A stretch of DNA of 64,000 nt from Candidatus Helarchaeota archaeon (GCA_019058315.1 JAHPZH010000003.1:492451-556450), one strand, 5' to 3'. Counted from the first letter of the stretch, positions 1 to 10,430 are shown. Translations and numbers: made by a program. The notes: generated by a model from the sequence alone, not told the origin.

Positions 1-99
1 AATTTAATAGCTCATAATCTTTATAAAGAACCACATACAAAAGGTTTCAAGATAATTTTTTAAGCTAAAAGTAAAAAAAGATTACAAAAGGGAAAGATT

Positions 100-1137
100 A
101 TGTCTGTAGTATATAAGGGAATTGAACGTTTTGTTGAAATTGATGAAAATGGACTTAAAACTCTTGATCTTTCTAATTTTAGAATCAAAGATATTACAGA
201 AATTAAAAATCTCAAAAATCTGACCCAACTTCAAGTTTTAAAGCTTAGTAGAAATAAGATTAGAAAGATAGAGGGTTTAGAAAACCTCTCCCAATTACAA
301 TCATTAGACCTTTTGCAAAATCAGATTTGGAAGATAGAGGGCTTGGAAAACCTCTCCCAATTACAATCATTAGACCTTAAGCAAAATCGGATTGGGAAGA
401 TAGAGGGGTTAGAAAACCTTTCCCAATTACAATTTTTAGGTCTTGCATGTAATCAGATCAAGAAGATAGAGGGGTTTGAAAACCTCTCCCAATTACGAGA
501 ATTACACTTTTGGTTCAATCAGATCAGGAAAATTGAGGGGTTAGAAAATCTAACCCAATTAAAAGAATTAAATCTTGAAAATAATTTGATATCGAAGATA
601 GAGGGGTTAGAAAATCTAACCCAATTACAAGAATTAGAACTAGTGAATAATCTGATCTCAAAGATAGAGGGACTCGAAAACCTCTCCCAATTAAAAGAAT
701 TAAACCTTTGGAATAATCACATTAAAAAGATAGAGGGTTTGGAAAACCTCACCCAATTACAATTATTGAAACTTTGGGAAAATAGGATCACGAAGATAGA
801 GGGGATGGAAAATCTCTCCCAATTAAAAAATTTATATCTTAAAGAAAATCAGATCACGAAGATAGAAGGATTGGAAAACCTCATTCAGTTACAAACATTG
901 GACCTTGAGCATAATAAGATCACTAAAATAGAGGGGTTAGAAAACCTCTCCCAATTACAAACATTATACCTTTCACACAATCAGATCTCGAAGATAGAGG
1001 GGTTAGAAAATCTCTCCCAATTAGAGGATTTATACCTTTGGTATAATAAGATCCCAAAGATAGAGGGGTTAAATCTTTCTGATCCTAAAAATGCACAAGC
1101 ACTAGTGGAATATTGTAAAGACTTAAAGAAAAAATAA
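100..1137 (+). CDS. Leucine-rich repeat protein, SDS22-like 22-aa repeats
   Basis: 13 KIEG motifs at 22-aa period, consensus KIEGLENLSQLxxLxLxxNxIx; about 14 LRRs in total. Confidence 0.95.
   Translation: MSVVYKGIERFVEIDENGLKTLDLSNFRIKDITEIKNLKNLTQLQVLKLSRNKIRKIEGLENLSQLQSLDLLQNQIWKIEGLENLSQLQSLDLKQNRIGKIEGLENLSQLQFLGLACNQIKKIEGFENLSQLRELHFWFNQIRKIEGLENLTQLKELNLENNLISKIEGLENLTQLQELELVNNLISKIEGLENLSQLKELNLWNNHIKKIEGLENLTQLQLLKLWENRITKIEGMENLSQLKNLYLKENQITKIEGLENLIQLQTLDLEHNKITKIEGLENLSQLQTLYLSHNQISKIEGLENLSQLEDLYLWYNKIPKIEGLNLSDPKNAQALVEYCKDLKKK
265..1070 (+). repeat. Intragenic 66-bp tandem repeat encoding the LRR units
   Basis: Recurring AAGATAGAGGG(G/T)TTAGAAAACCTCTCCCAATTA core every 66 nt. 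Confidence 0.9.
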
Positions 1138-1153
1138 AAAATTTAAAGAAAAA

Positions 1154-2284
1154 TTACGCATCAGTTGTTCTGAATTCTTTTACGATATTTTTAATTATTT
1201 CTGATTCTTTTAAGAACTCAGCCATAGGAATTAGATTCATTAGCGAGTTATTTCCGTTGTTTCCTCCACCCATAATTATTACTTTACTGTTTTGTTTTAG
1301 TCCAACAGCAATTTCTTTTGAAGACTGAATCATTCCTTCAACGATCAATTCTAAGGCTTTCATTTTTAAACCTTCTTTTCCAGCCTGATTATATTCCTCT
1401 AGAGCTTTTGCTTTTGCACGAATTCCTGCAGCTTCGGCTTCGGCTTTTAATTGGATAGATTTTGCTTCCGCTTCTGCTTCAATCATTTTAGCCTCACCTT
1501 TAGCATTTGCCAATACAATTTCTTTTTGACGTTCGATTTCAGCTTCTCTTTTTATTTCTAATTCTTTGACTAACATCTTTTTTACAACAAGTTCTTCTGT
1601 TTGAACTGCTACAAATTTTTCTTTTTCAATCTCTACTTCTTTTGCATCTGTATCATTATTTGCTTCAGCGATTCTGGCATTCCTATCTAATTCAGCAGAC
1701 TTGACCCTTTCTAAATCTCTAATCACCGAGCTATCCGAATCATCCCTAATATCTTTGATGTCAAAAATAATTGGTTCTAATCCCAGTTTTATAAATGAGC
1801 CAGTCAATGATTTATAAATACCATCTTCTATAACTTCACGTTCTCTCATAATCGTTAAAATCTTTTTTTGCATACAAATTGTTCTAGCAGAGCTTTGGAC
1901 TGTGTCATCAACAATTCTCCTTAGAGTTTCATAAACATCTTTACCAAGGGTCTCAGCAGCTTTTGCAGGGTTTTTGATTTGAACTTTACAACTTATCCTT
2001 ACAACTAATGGTAAATTGTCCATATCATGCAGTCTAATATCAGGGATGTCAACATCTATTACTTCTTTTGGAATAACAATTCTACGATGATACATTTTAA
2101 AATAATGATATCTTCCTTGTCCATCGTATATATTTTTCTTATCCTTACTCACCACAACATGTGCTTCGTTAGGAGCCACAATAACTATACTACTTATCCA
2201 GATTACCAAGAAAATTATTAATGATATTGTACCAACAACTGCCCCTACAATAATTAAAGTAATAATTCCTACATCTAAAACCAT
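1154..2284 (-). CDS. SPFH/band-7 (flotillin-like) membrane protein
   Basis: N-terminal TM helix, VAPNEAHVV SPFH start, DIKDIRD, AEAEA coiled-coil repeats; downstream of an NfeD-like gene. Confidence 0.9.
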   Translation of the reverse strand: MVLDVGIITLIIVGAVVGTISLIIFLVIWISSIVIVAPNEAHVVVSKDKKNIYDGQGRYHYFKMYHRRIVIPKEVIDVDIPDIRLHDMDNLPLVVRISCKVQIKNPAKAAETLGKDVYETLRRIVDDTVQSSARTICMQKKILTIMREREVIEDGIYKSLTGSFIKLGLEPIIFDIKDIRDDSDSSVIRDLERVKSAELDRNARIAEANNDTDAKEVEIEKEKFVAVQTEELVVKKMLVKELEIKREAEIERQKEIVLANAKGEAKMIEAEAEAKSIQLKAEAEAAGIRAKAKALEEYNQAGKEGLKMKALELIVEGMIQSSKEIAVGLKQNSKVIIMGGGNNGNNSLMNLIPMAEFLKESEIIKNIVKEFRTTDA

Positions 2285-2299
2285 TTAATTCACTCCTAT

Positions 2300-2821
2300 T
2301 TATTTCTCCATTTTTAATTTTTTTATTTCCCAGCTTACGGTTTTACGTATTTCGGCTATTCCTCCATTATATTTTTTAATCATAACTTTATCTCCCTTTA
2401 AATATGGTGGATCAGTTGAATCAAATGCCCTAGCGGGTATCTCTATCCTTTCTCCAGATTCTAGAATGAGCGAAACTTTGCCTATTTCTGTTTTAGTAAA
2501 AGGAATTTCTACAGTTGCACCTTTTCCTTCATAAGTTTTGAGATCTATGGGTTCAGATTCCAGCCAATTTCTAAGGAAATATACAATTGAACTTGTTATC
2601 AAAGAAAAAATTACTGCGACAATGCTGGTTGATATGAAATCATTCGATATTAGAAAACCTATAGTTCCAATAAATCCAAAGTTTATGAGACCACATAAAA
2701 TTGGCATTAAGATAACATCATCAAATTCCGTATCTGTTGATATCACAATTAAAAGGAGAATTGCTCCAATACCACTTACAATCAGAAATAAAATTAACTC
2801 GAATGAAAAAATAATCTCCGT
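2300..2821 (-). CDS. NfeD-like membrane protein with C-terminal OB fold (flotillin partner); start uncertain
   Basis: TM helices followed by GKGATVEIPF..IGKVSL..EIPARA..KGDKVMI. ORF track starts at GTG 2746, but the frame is open to 2842 and GGAGG at 2835-2831 precedes ACG 2821 / ATT 2815. Confidence 0.8.
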   Translation of the reverse strand, partial: TEIIFSFELILFLIVSGIGAILLLIVISTDTEFDDVILMPILCGLINFGFIGTIGFLISNDFISTSIVAVIFSLITSSIVYFLRNWLESEPIDLKTYEGKGATVEIPFTKTEIGKVSLILESGERIEIPARAFDSTDPPYLKGDKVMIKKYNGGIAEIRKTVSWEIKKLKMEK

Positions 2822-3107
2822 TAATTTTTTCCTCCTATTATTTTATTATTTGAATTGGATTTCTTAAGATAAGTATTTGTAGTAAATTCTCCTAACCCTA
2901 ACAATCCACATCCTCTTTTTTAAAATGTAAATTCCTTTTATCATTTTTTAAGTGTACAACCGTAACTGGTCTATAATTCTATTAATGGCTTGGTTTTTAA
3001 ATTTGATCTTATTGGCAAAAAGTAGAAAATATTATAATTTTATAAAATTTTAAACTGGAAATGAAAACATATTTTTCTTCTCATAATTAATTTTAAGGGA
3101 TGCTTGA

Positions 3108-3704
3108 ATGGAAAAGCAATCAAAAATAACATATCAAGGACAAGTTATAACAATTAAAGAACAGAAGGTCTTAAAAGAATTAGAAAAGATGCTCGGAAAA
3201 CCGATTCCCCCAGTCTCATTAATAAATGAATTTAGTTATGGTTTTATGGTAAAAAAAGGTTGTATTACAGGATTGGGGCTACGAAACAAGAATTTAAAAA
3301 CTCTTCCAGCATCATTTGGTGATCTTATTTCACTTAAAGAGCTAGTTTTATTTGATAACCGTTTAAAGATGCTTCCCGAATCATTTGGTAATTTGAGATC
3401 TTTGAAATATCTAAGTTTAGTTAGAAATAATTTAATAAAACTCCCAGACTCATTTACCCATTTAATTTCACTCGAGATGTTATATTTAAATGAAAATAAA
3501 ATAGAAATCCTCCCAGAGTCGTTTGGAAAGCTCGAGATGCTCCGTAGATTAAATTTAAGAAATAACCAGTTAAAAACCATCCCGAATTCATTACTAAAGT
3601 TATCGAATTTAGAAATGCTCTGGATTGAAAATAATCCTTTGGATGATGCTGCTAAGCAAATCCTTGAGCAATTAATCAAAAATGGAATATATGTAAATAA
3701 ATAA
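3108..3704 (+). CDS. Leucine-rich repeat protein, 23-aa LPESFG-type repeats
   Basis: Repeats of LxxLPESFGxLxxLxxLxLxxN; N-cap GCITGLGL. Confidence 0.92.
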   Translation: MEKQSKITYQGQVITIKEQKVLKELEKMLGKPIPPVSLINEFSYGFMVKKGCITGLGLRNKNLKTLPASFGDLISLKELVLFDNRLKMLPESFGNLRSLKYLSLVRNNLIKLPDSFTHLISLEMLYLNENKIEILPESFGKLEMLRRLNLRNNQLKTIPNSLLKLSNLEMLWIENNPLDDAAKQILEQLIKNGIYVNK

Positions 3705-3800
3705 TTTTGTTTTATCACTAAAAATCATATAAAATTCAGAATCTAAACGAGAATTTTCAATTCTTGAATAATTGAAAATTAATTTTCGAAAAAGACATTG

Positions 3801-4817
3801 TTATTTTTTTATTATTTTTTCTCCTGTTAATTTGGCATTCAAAAACGATTCAAACTTTTTAGAAATATGTTTTAATGTAGATAAGGAATATTTAATTGGT
3901 AGAAATCCATATTCTTTATCCAATTTAGCTAAATCTATTTCACCTCTCATTCGAAGCCATTGATCTAAAATTAGAATTGTCTTACCTAAATTCATCCATC
4001 TAACAAAATGATAATTAGCTAATAAATTACCTAAACCGAATAATATAAAAGAAATAATCAAAGGAAAGATACCATCTTTAAAATAAGATAAAAGGAAAAA
4101 TATACTTATTACAATCGTCGTATAACCTGTGATTGCTAGTATATGAGGGGGATGAACATGTCGATATATATACATTTTATCCAAAATTTCGACTTCTCCT
4201 CGCATTAATTTTCCTTTATCCAAATAATAATATGAATTTAGATATTTAGCACGAATTCCCCGCTCCAAAGCCCGTTGAAGTCTAAGTAAACCATATGGGC
4301 AATTTAGTTTTTGCAGATTTAATTCTGTAATCTTATCATTCAAAGGTATCAATTGAAAAATAACATTACGGTCAACTTTATGTCGAAATATGAATAATAA
4401 ACTCCCAATAATAATGCAAGAGAAAGATAATAATGCAGCAACTAATGAAAGGGGACTTAATAGATATATATAATTTATAGTAAAGCAAATAAATAGAACA
4501 CTTGCACCAGGAACACCAAACCAAAATCCAAAAGCGTTAATATTACATTTTTGAGTTCCTAATCCAAACCAAATGAAAAAAAACACGCTAATTAATAGAA
4601 ATATTGACGCGATATTTGAAAATAAAATTGTATCAGAATATGTCTTTAGGGGAAGGGACACGTTTAGATAAAATTTTACAAGATTTTGGAAGAATTCTAA
4701 AGTTATTAATACCATCAACAATAAAGTTATAGAACTAAGGAATGTACAAATTATTGAAAGAATTGGATTTATCCGATCTTTCTTAATTCTTATTTGATCT
4801 TCTAATGATAGATTCAT
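3801..4817 (-). CDS. Hypothetical multi-pass membrane protein
   Basis: About 4 N-terminal and 2 C-terminal hydrophobic segments separated by a soluble region; 338 aa, co-oriented with neighbours. Confidence 0.75.
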   Translation of the reverse strand: MNLSLEDQIRIKKDRINPILSIICTFLSSITLLLMVLITLEFFQNLVKFYLNVSLPLKTYSDTILFSNIASIFLLISVFFFIWFGLGTQKCNINAFGFWFGVPGASVLFICFTINYIYLLSPLSLVAALLSFSCIIIGSLLFIFRHKVDRNVIFQLIPLNDKITELNLQKLNCPYGLLRLQRALERGIRAKYLNSYYYLDKGKLMRGEVEILDKMYIYRHVHPPHILAITGYTTIVISIFFLLSYFKDGIFPLIISFILFGLGNLLANYHFVRWMNLGKTILILDQWLRMRGEIDLAKLDKEYGFLPIKYSLSTLKHISKKFESFLNAKLTGEKIIKK

Positions 4818-4833
4818 TTTAATTATTTATTAA

Positions 4834-7734
4834 TTATTTTAATGCTTTGTCTATTTCCATTGCTGCTCGACGACCATCCGCAACCGACTGAACCACTGTT
4901 CCTGCACCGCGAACGACATCTCCACCTGCATATATATTCGATTTATTTTTAATTTTTAGAGTTTCAGGTTCAACTTCAATTAGTCCAGAATTTCCAAATT
5001 CTTTCTCAAAGTGTTTTGCTAAATCTGCCTCAATCCCTTGACCTACTGCCATAATAATTTCATCAAATTGAAAGTCCTTAAATTTATCTTCGTTGAATTT
5101 AGGAGCAAAATTACCATTTTCGTCAAAGACAGATGTACATTCCATACATGTTAATTTACCATCAGAAAAAGCTTTTGGTCCCCAAGAATTGTGTATTTCA
5201 ATACCAGATTCCAAGATTTCCTCGATTTCTGTTTTTAAAGCAGGCATTTCATCTCGACATTCTAAACAAACCATGGAAACATCCTTGATTCCGCTTTTTT
5301 GCGCAACAGCTATAACATCAGCAGCAACGGAACCTCCCCCAATGACCAATAATTTTCCCTTCACCTCTACTTTGCCATTTTGTCTATAATCCATAATAAA
5401 TGAAAGGGCATCCCTAACTTTAACTTTATCAATACCGGGTATATTCAATTTACGACCTGCCCAAAGACCAGTTGCAATAAATACAGCAGCATATTCCTTT
5501 GATAGCTGTGAGATTGTGATATCTTTACCTAATTCCTTTCCAAACTTGAAATTAATGGTAGAAAGCGAGACCCCTTTAATATCACGTTCAACAGCATCCA
5601 TAGGTAGTCGAAATGGGGGAATTACATTAGTTAGCATACCACCTTTATTTTCTTTCTTTTCAAATAAATCTATTTTATAACCTGAGCGTGCTAAAAAGTA
5701 TGCACACGTCAATCCCGCAGGACCAGCACCTATAATCGCGACTTTTTTACCATTATATGTACTAATACTTTTATCCCATCCATCTTCCCCTGCTCTTTCA
5801 CAAACCCAAGCTTGTAATTGGCCTATTCTTGTAGCCTCATCTGAAAATTCTTTATGATTACAATCTTTTTGACAGAATTTTTCTTGTGGGCATATTAATC
5901 CACAAATTTCACCTAACGGATTCACTTGTCGAATTGATCGTGTAGCACCACTAAAATTATTAGATTCCATCCTCCGCATAAAATTTGATATATCAACTTT
6001 TGCAGGACAGCCTTCAATGCATTTTGCTTCTAAACACCATTGACATTCCATAGCTACCCGTCTTGCTTTTTGATCATCTAGTTTTTCTTCAATGGCTGGC
6101 AATAGTGAACGAGGTTTACCCTCCACAAAATTAACATAGTTTTTCGTGAACTTTTGGTTTTTATAGATTTTTTTTCCTTCGCTTTTTAGTACCATATTTG
6201 CACCACCTACGGCTGAAAGTGTGGTAGATACTACACCTTCTCCCATAGTTGTGCTATCTCCTACAAAAAAAAGATTTTTAAATTCACTTTTCGCACTGGG
6301 TCGCTTGAGTAAATGTTGACCAATAGCTTGTTTTGGACCTCCTATTGAACCGAACTCCCTTAAAGTAAATCGCTCTATGGTAGTAGGAGTTCCGACTTGT
6401 ATATCAATTATGTTTTCTTTCAGATGAGGAAAATATTTTTCAAGATCACCTAATATACGATTAGTCTCTTTCTCTTTTAATTTGTAATATTCTTCAGATT
6501 GATATTTTGGATCTCCAAGTTTTGGAAACTCCTCGAATAATTCAGCAATTACGGTTATTGAGTGAGTACCTTTGGGGCAGATTGAAGGGTCCTCTAAAGA
6601 TGGAATATACAAAACTGCCACTCCACCTTCATAATTAGAAATATCTTCTATGTACATTTCAATGGATCGCGCACCAGGTGGAATAGCTTCTTCATTAACT
6701 GCAATATACATTACTAATGCGCTCAAAGTGGGTTTAAATGAGTTTGCCCAATCAATCTTTTTTTGTGTTAAATGTTTTTTATTGATGAGTTTATTGTAAT
6801 TTTGCCAAATAGAAGTATCAGAAATCACATATTTTGAATGGATTTCTGAGCCATCATCAAGTCGAACACCATAAGCAGTTTTATTTTTAATTAGGATTTC
6901 TTCTACTTTATGTCTATATAGTGCTTTCCCCCCATATCGTTCATATGCTCGTTCAATTGCATTGGGTAACATCTGTGGAGAACCTTGGGGATAGCAAGCT
7001 CCGCCATGATAAGGGATAGAGAATATTGCAGCTGCTAATAAAACAGGGGTCTCTTCAACCTTAGTAGTTAACATGAGAGAAAGAAGCATGTCATAAAATG
7101 TTTTGATTTTAATATCATCCCCAAGGAATTCATCAATGACAGATTTCATATCTTTGTTCATCATTCTTAATAATTTTATAGCACCGATAGGATCTTTAAA
7201 AAACATTTTCATTTTATCAGTAATTGATTGCTCTGATACGGGAATTGGTGAGTCTAATTTCATGAGAATTTGATAAGAATTTTCGAGATATTCATAAAAA
7301 TCATGTAATCCTTTTTCATGTTCCGGAAATGCAGCAACTAATTCCTTAAAAAAGCGATCAAAATCTTTCCAGAAAATAACTTGAGCTAATTTATCCCCTC
7401 TTGGAAAATTACAACGATATATTGAATCATGTTGAATTACATTAATGGGTTCTTCAAGAACATTCATTATATATTTATGTGGGGTGAATCCTTCTTGAAG
7501 AACTTCAGGATCTCCAGAACCCCAGCCAAACAATAATGCGGCACCAACATCAAATGATTGCCCTTTCATTTTTAGAGAGGTACAAGCTCCACCAGGGAGA
7601 TAATGTTGCTCTATTAATAAAGTATCAATACCCTTTTTCGCAAGAAGTGCAGCTGCAGTAATGCCCCCAATGCCAGCACCTACTACGATACAATCATATT
7701 TATCTTTAATTACAGCATTATTAATTATCTTCAA
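4834..7734 (-). CDS. Fusion: phytoene desaturase/CrtISO/retinol-saturase-family FAD oxidoreductase + GltD/PreT-like Fe-S NAD(P)H flavoprotein
   Basis: N-half VVGAGIGG, EQHYLPGG, FDVGA, TPTTIERF, LFFVGDST; C-half CQWC-x4-C-x3-CP, CGLICP..CQKDC, IIGAGPAG, VIGGGSVAAD, YAGGDVVRGAGTVVQSVADGRRAA. Confidence 0.88.
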   Translation of the reverse strand: MKIINNAVIKDKYDCIVVGAGIGGITAAALLAKKGIDTLLIEQHYLPGGACTSLKMKGQSFDVGAALLFGWGSGDPEVLQEGFTPHKYIMNVLEEPINVIQHDSIYRCNFPRGDKLAQVIFWKDFDRFFKELVAAFPEHEKGLHDFYEYLENSYQILMKLDSPIPVSEQSITDKMKMFFKDPIGAIKLLRMMNKDMKSVIDEFLGDDIKIKTFYDMLLSLMLTTKVEETPVLLAAAIFSIPYHGGACYPQGSPQMLPNAIERAYERYGGKALYRHKVEEILIKNKTAYGVRLDDGSEIHSKYVISDTSIWQNYNKLINKKHLTQKKIDWANSFKPTLSALVMYIAVNEEAIPPGARSIEMYIEDISNYEGGVAVLYIPSLEDPSICPKGTHSITVIAELFEEFPKLGDPKYQSEEYYKLKEKETNRILGDLEKYFPHLKENIIDIQVGTPTTIERFTLREFGSIGGPKQAIGQHLLKRPSAKSEFKNLFFVGDSTTMGEGVVSTTLSAVGGANMVLKSEGKKIYKNQKFTKNYVNFVEGKPRSLLPAIEEKLDDQKARRVAMECQWCLEAKCIEGCPAKVDISNFMRRMESNNFSGATRSIRQVNPLGEICGLICPQEKFCQKDCNHKEFSDEATRIGQLQAWVCERAGEDGWDKSISTYNGKKVAIIGAGPAGLTCAYFLARSGYKIDLFEKKENKGGMLTNVIPPFRLPMDAVERDIKGVSLSTINFKFGKELGKDITISQLSKEYAAVFIATGLWAGRKLNIPGIDKVKVRDALSFIMDYRQNGKVEVKGKLLVIGGGSVAADVIAVAQKSGIKDVSMVCLECRDEMPALKTEIEEILESGIEIHNSWGPKAFSDGKLTCMECTSVFDENGNFAPKFNEDKFKDFQFDEIIMAVGQGIEADLAKHFEKEFGNSGLIEVEPETLKIKNKSNIYAGGDVVRGAGTVVQSVADGRRAAMEIDKALK

Positions 7735-7800
7735 ATAAAATAACCTTCAAATAAATTTTAATTTTATTTTCATAAATAAGAAAAGAAGGGGTTATCTTAA

Positions 7801-9846
7801 TTAATACCTTTTAAAAACAGGCAAGATCAAGTGTGAGGGATGTTTAGAGTCATGAAATATTTTTTGATTTGCGATTATGTAACCCGTTTCATTTTTTTCT
7901 CCTGCAAGATTTGAGTTTACATCGAATCTTGGAAAATTACTTGATGAAATTTCAATTCTAATTTTGTGATCTTTACGAAAATAAATACCAACGGCACCTA
8001 TTGGAATTTCGTACTTATAGATTTTGTCAGGTTCCAGTAAAGAAGGATTTTTCAACCCCTCACGAAATCGAGCCCTTACTCCATTATCCACAATGTTTAT
8101 TGCTTTTTTATCATTATAAACTTCTACTAATTTAACTGTAAAATCAGTATCTTTCGCAGATGATGATGCATAAAATACAATTTTTACATCTCCTATAACT
8201 TCTAATCCTTGTCTCAATTTATCTGTTGTAAATACTAATACATCCTTTCTTTCTTCTATTTTAACTTGATTAAGAGGGCCACTTTTCAAATTTAAAAATC
8301 GTCCACCATGTGTAACAACCGGGTTAGATGGATCAAAATCATATGAATCTGGAGGTTCATCTTTAGGTTCTAATCCTGAAAGACCACCATTTTCAAATCG
8401 TGAATTTGCTTTTCCGTTTGAATGTAAATATAATTTCAATTCTGAACAATCGGGTGGCCATTTACTGAAATGTCGCCAAATTTTCTTATTTAAAATATAT
8501 AAGCGTAATGGAGGGATTTTTGATAAGTCCTTTCCATTTTTTTTCAGCCAGTATTCATACCACCAAAATGGGAAGAAATTTTGATATAATGCGAACATTT
8601 CCTTTGTATCGGGCGAGGAGGGGATTCGAGAATCAGAAGTCATAAAATCCATACCACCATGAGCACCAGGACCAACGATCATCTTGAAATTTTTCTTGAA
8701 ATATTCTGGAGAGTTTTTTTGTATTAACTTTAAGTCCTTGAAATATTGTTCGATGAACATATCATACCAAGATCCGATTACAAGCATGGGAGTTTCTATT
8801 TTTTCGCCATTAAATCCGAAAGCATAAGGTAGATAATCATAATTTGCATTTAACCGTCTTTTTAATATTGTTTCTCTCATAAACTTTTTTAAATCACCAT
8901 GATCTTTTTCATTAAATTTAGCATTCAAATCATAAGTATCATTAATTAATTTGGTCACTTCATCCTCATCTGTTATTTTTTCAAGATCTTCCAAGTGCAA
9001 TAGAAATCTTTTTGTATCTAATGGGTCGTTGTATAAACTTGCTAATGGATTTCGATATAATGTGTTAGAAAGTTGTTCATCTTGTGAAAAAGCTTTTATT
9101 GAAGGATCTTTTTGAGTTATCATTAAAATCAAATTGTAGACGGTAACGCCCATCCCAAGTAAGTTCATACCTTGTGGATGATATAGAACGCTTGTATAAG
9201 AGTTTTGAGCTGGGCTTGCGCATGTTAGCATACCCTTATTGTCCCAAGATACAGACAACTGGGTTAAGCCTAAGAAACTAATACCCCACATTCCGATCTT
9301 CCCATTATACCAAAATCTTTCTGTAATCCATTTTAGGGTTTCTAAACCATCCGGTCGAAGGTAGAATGTGACAGCTAGGGTACCATATTCAGAGCTGGAG
9401 GCGCAACCACGCATGTCTTGGAGAACTGTGACATATCCTTTGGAAGCAAATAGATATCCGAGTATACTGACTAGATCTTTCCAATATGGCAGTCGGACTA
9501 GCATAGTTGGTGCTTTAAATCTATCCTCGAATACAGGTTTTGGTAAAAATATATCGGTGGCAAGTTTTGCGCCATCGTGCATAGTTAATAAGTGTTCTTT
9601 TAATCGAACAACATTATATTTAGGAGTACCGAGGCCTAATAGTCGCCCTATAGAACCACCAAAATATTTAAACATTTTTAATAAGGGAGCTTGAATATAA
9701 TTCATGAGGTTCATTGAACGTTGGATAAGATTATCCATAAATTTACCCATTAAACTATCTTTTAGAAATGGAGGAACGTCTAAAACAAATTCCACATCAG
9801 AGCTATTAAACAAATCTTCTTTCTCCTTACTCATAAATAGCAACAC
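7801..9846 (-). CDS. CocE/NonD family serine hydrolase (X-Pro dipeptidyl-peptidase-like)
   Basis: MHDGAKLATD, RLPY, QDMRGC, nucleophile GISFLG, WYD, GPGAHG, C-terminal ISSSNFPRF; probable start ATG 9834. Confidence 0.92.
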   Translation of the reverse strand: MLLFMSKEKEDLFNSSDVEFVLDVPPFLKDSLMGKFMDNLIQRSMNLMNYIQAPLLKMFKYFGGSIGRLLGLGTPKYNVVRLKEHLLTMHDGAKLATDIFLPKPVFEDRFKAPTMLVRLPYWKDLVSILGYLFASKGYVTVLQDMRGCASSSEYGTLAVTFYLRPDGLETLKWITERFWYNGKIGMWGISFLGLTQLSVSWDNKGMLTCASPAQNSYTSVLYHPQGMNLLGMGVTVYNLILMITQKDPSIKAFSQDEQLSNTLYRNPLASLYNDPLDTKRFLLHLEDLEKITDEDEVTKLINDTYDLNAKFNEKDHGDLKKFMRETILKRRLNANYDYLPYAFGFNGEKIETPMLVIGSWYDMFIEQYFKDLKLIQKNSPEYFKKNFKMIVGPGAHGGMDFMTSDSRIPSSPDTKEMFALYQNFFPFWWYEYWLKKNGKDLSKIPPLRLYILNKKIWRHFSKWPPDCSELKLYLHSNGKANSRFENGGLSGLEPKDEPPDSYDFDPSNPVVTHGGRFLNLKSGPLNQVKIEERKDVLVFTTDKLRQGLEVIGDVKIVFYASSSAKDTDFTVKLVEVYNDKKAINIVDNGVRARFREGLKNPSLLEPDKIYKYEIPIGAVGIYFRKDHKIRIEISSSNFPRFDVNSNLAGEKNETGYIIANQKIFHDSKHPSHLILPVFKRY

Positions 9847-10064
9847 CTAAAAATGAATTAAAAAGTAAATATACAAAGAATAAATCAAACAAAAAAACTT
9901 AACAATTTATAATTAAAAAGTTTTCAATTTTTATAATTTGATAAATGTAATAGCATATAAAGGCATATATTCATTAGAAACAAATTACTAAATGTTATAA
10001 TTTTTGATATGAAGTTATTATATTAAATCGATAGATTTCTACATGAACAATTTAAGAAAATGAT

Positions 10065-10430
10065 TTAATTAGGAATTTTTTCTGATTTCGAATGGGCAAA
10101 CCGAATCCACCCAACTAATATTAGGATTATTGATACAATAATTGTTGAGATTATAACCCAAAATGTGATTTTTGCAGCTATTAGGTGCTTGTGTGATGAT
10201 TGTATCATATTAATGCAACCTATTAAAAAAATAGGGAATTCTTTAATCTCTTCAGAGTTTGATAACAACATAATAGTTAATACGCAATCATTACTACCAA
10301 ATCCCATTCTTAGAAGATTCGAATAATAATTATGCTGTGCCAAGATATAAAGAAGAACAGGAATTCCAGATGCGATTATAAGCCCAATAATTCCAATAGC
10401 TCTCCATTTATTGTGAATAATATTTCCCAT
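10065..10430 (-). CDS. Hypothetical membrane protein (2 TM)
   Basis: 121-aa ORF filling an intergenic gap, with two hydrophobic helices. Confidence 0.6.
   Translation of the reverse strand: MGNIIHNKWRAIGIIGLIIASGIPVLLYILAQHNYYSNLLRMGFGSNDCVLTIMLLSNSEEIKEFPIFLIGCINMIQSSHKHLIAAKITFWVIISTIIVSIILILVGWIRFAHSKSEKIPN

Noticed and set aside
265-1070. Regular repeats with variable intervals resembling a CRISPR array
   Set aside because: In-frame 66-bp coding LRR units with wobble variation; no cas genes
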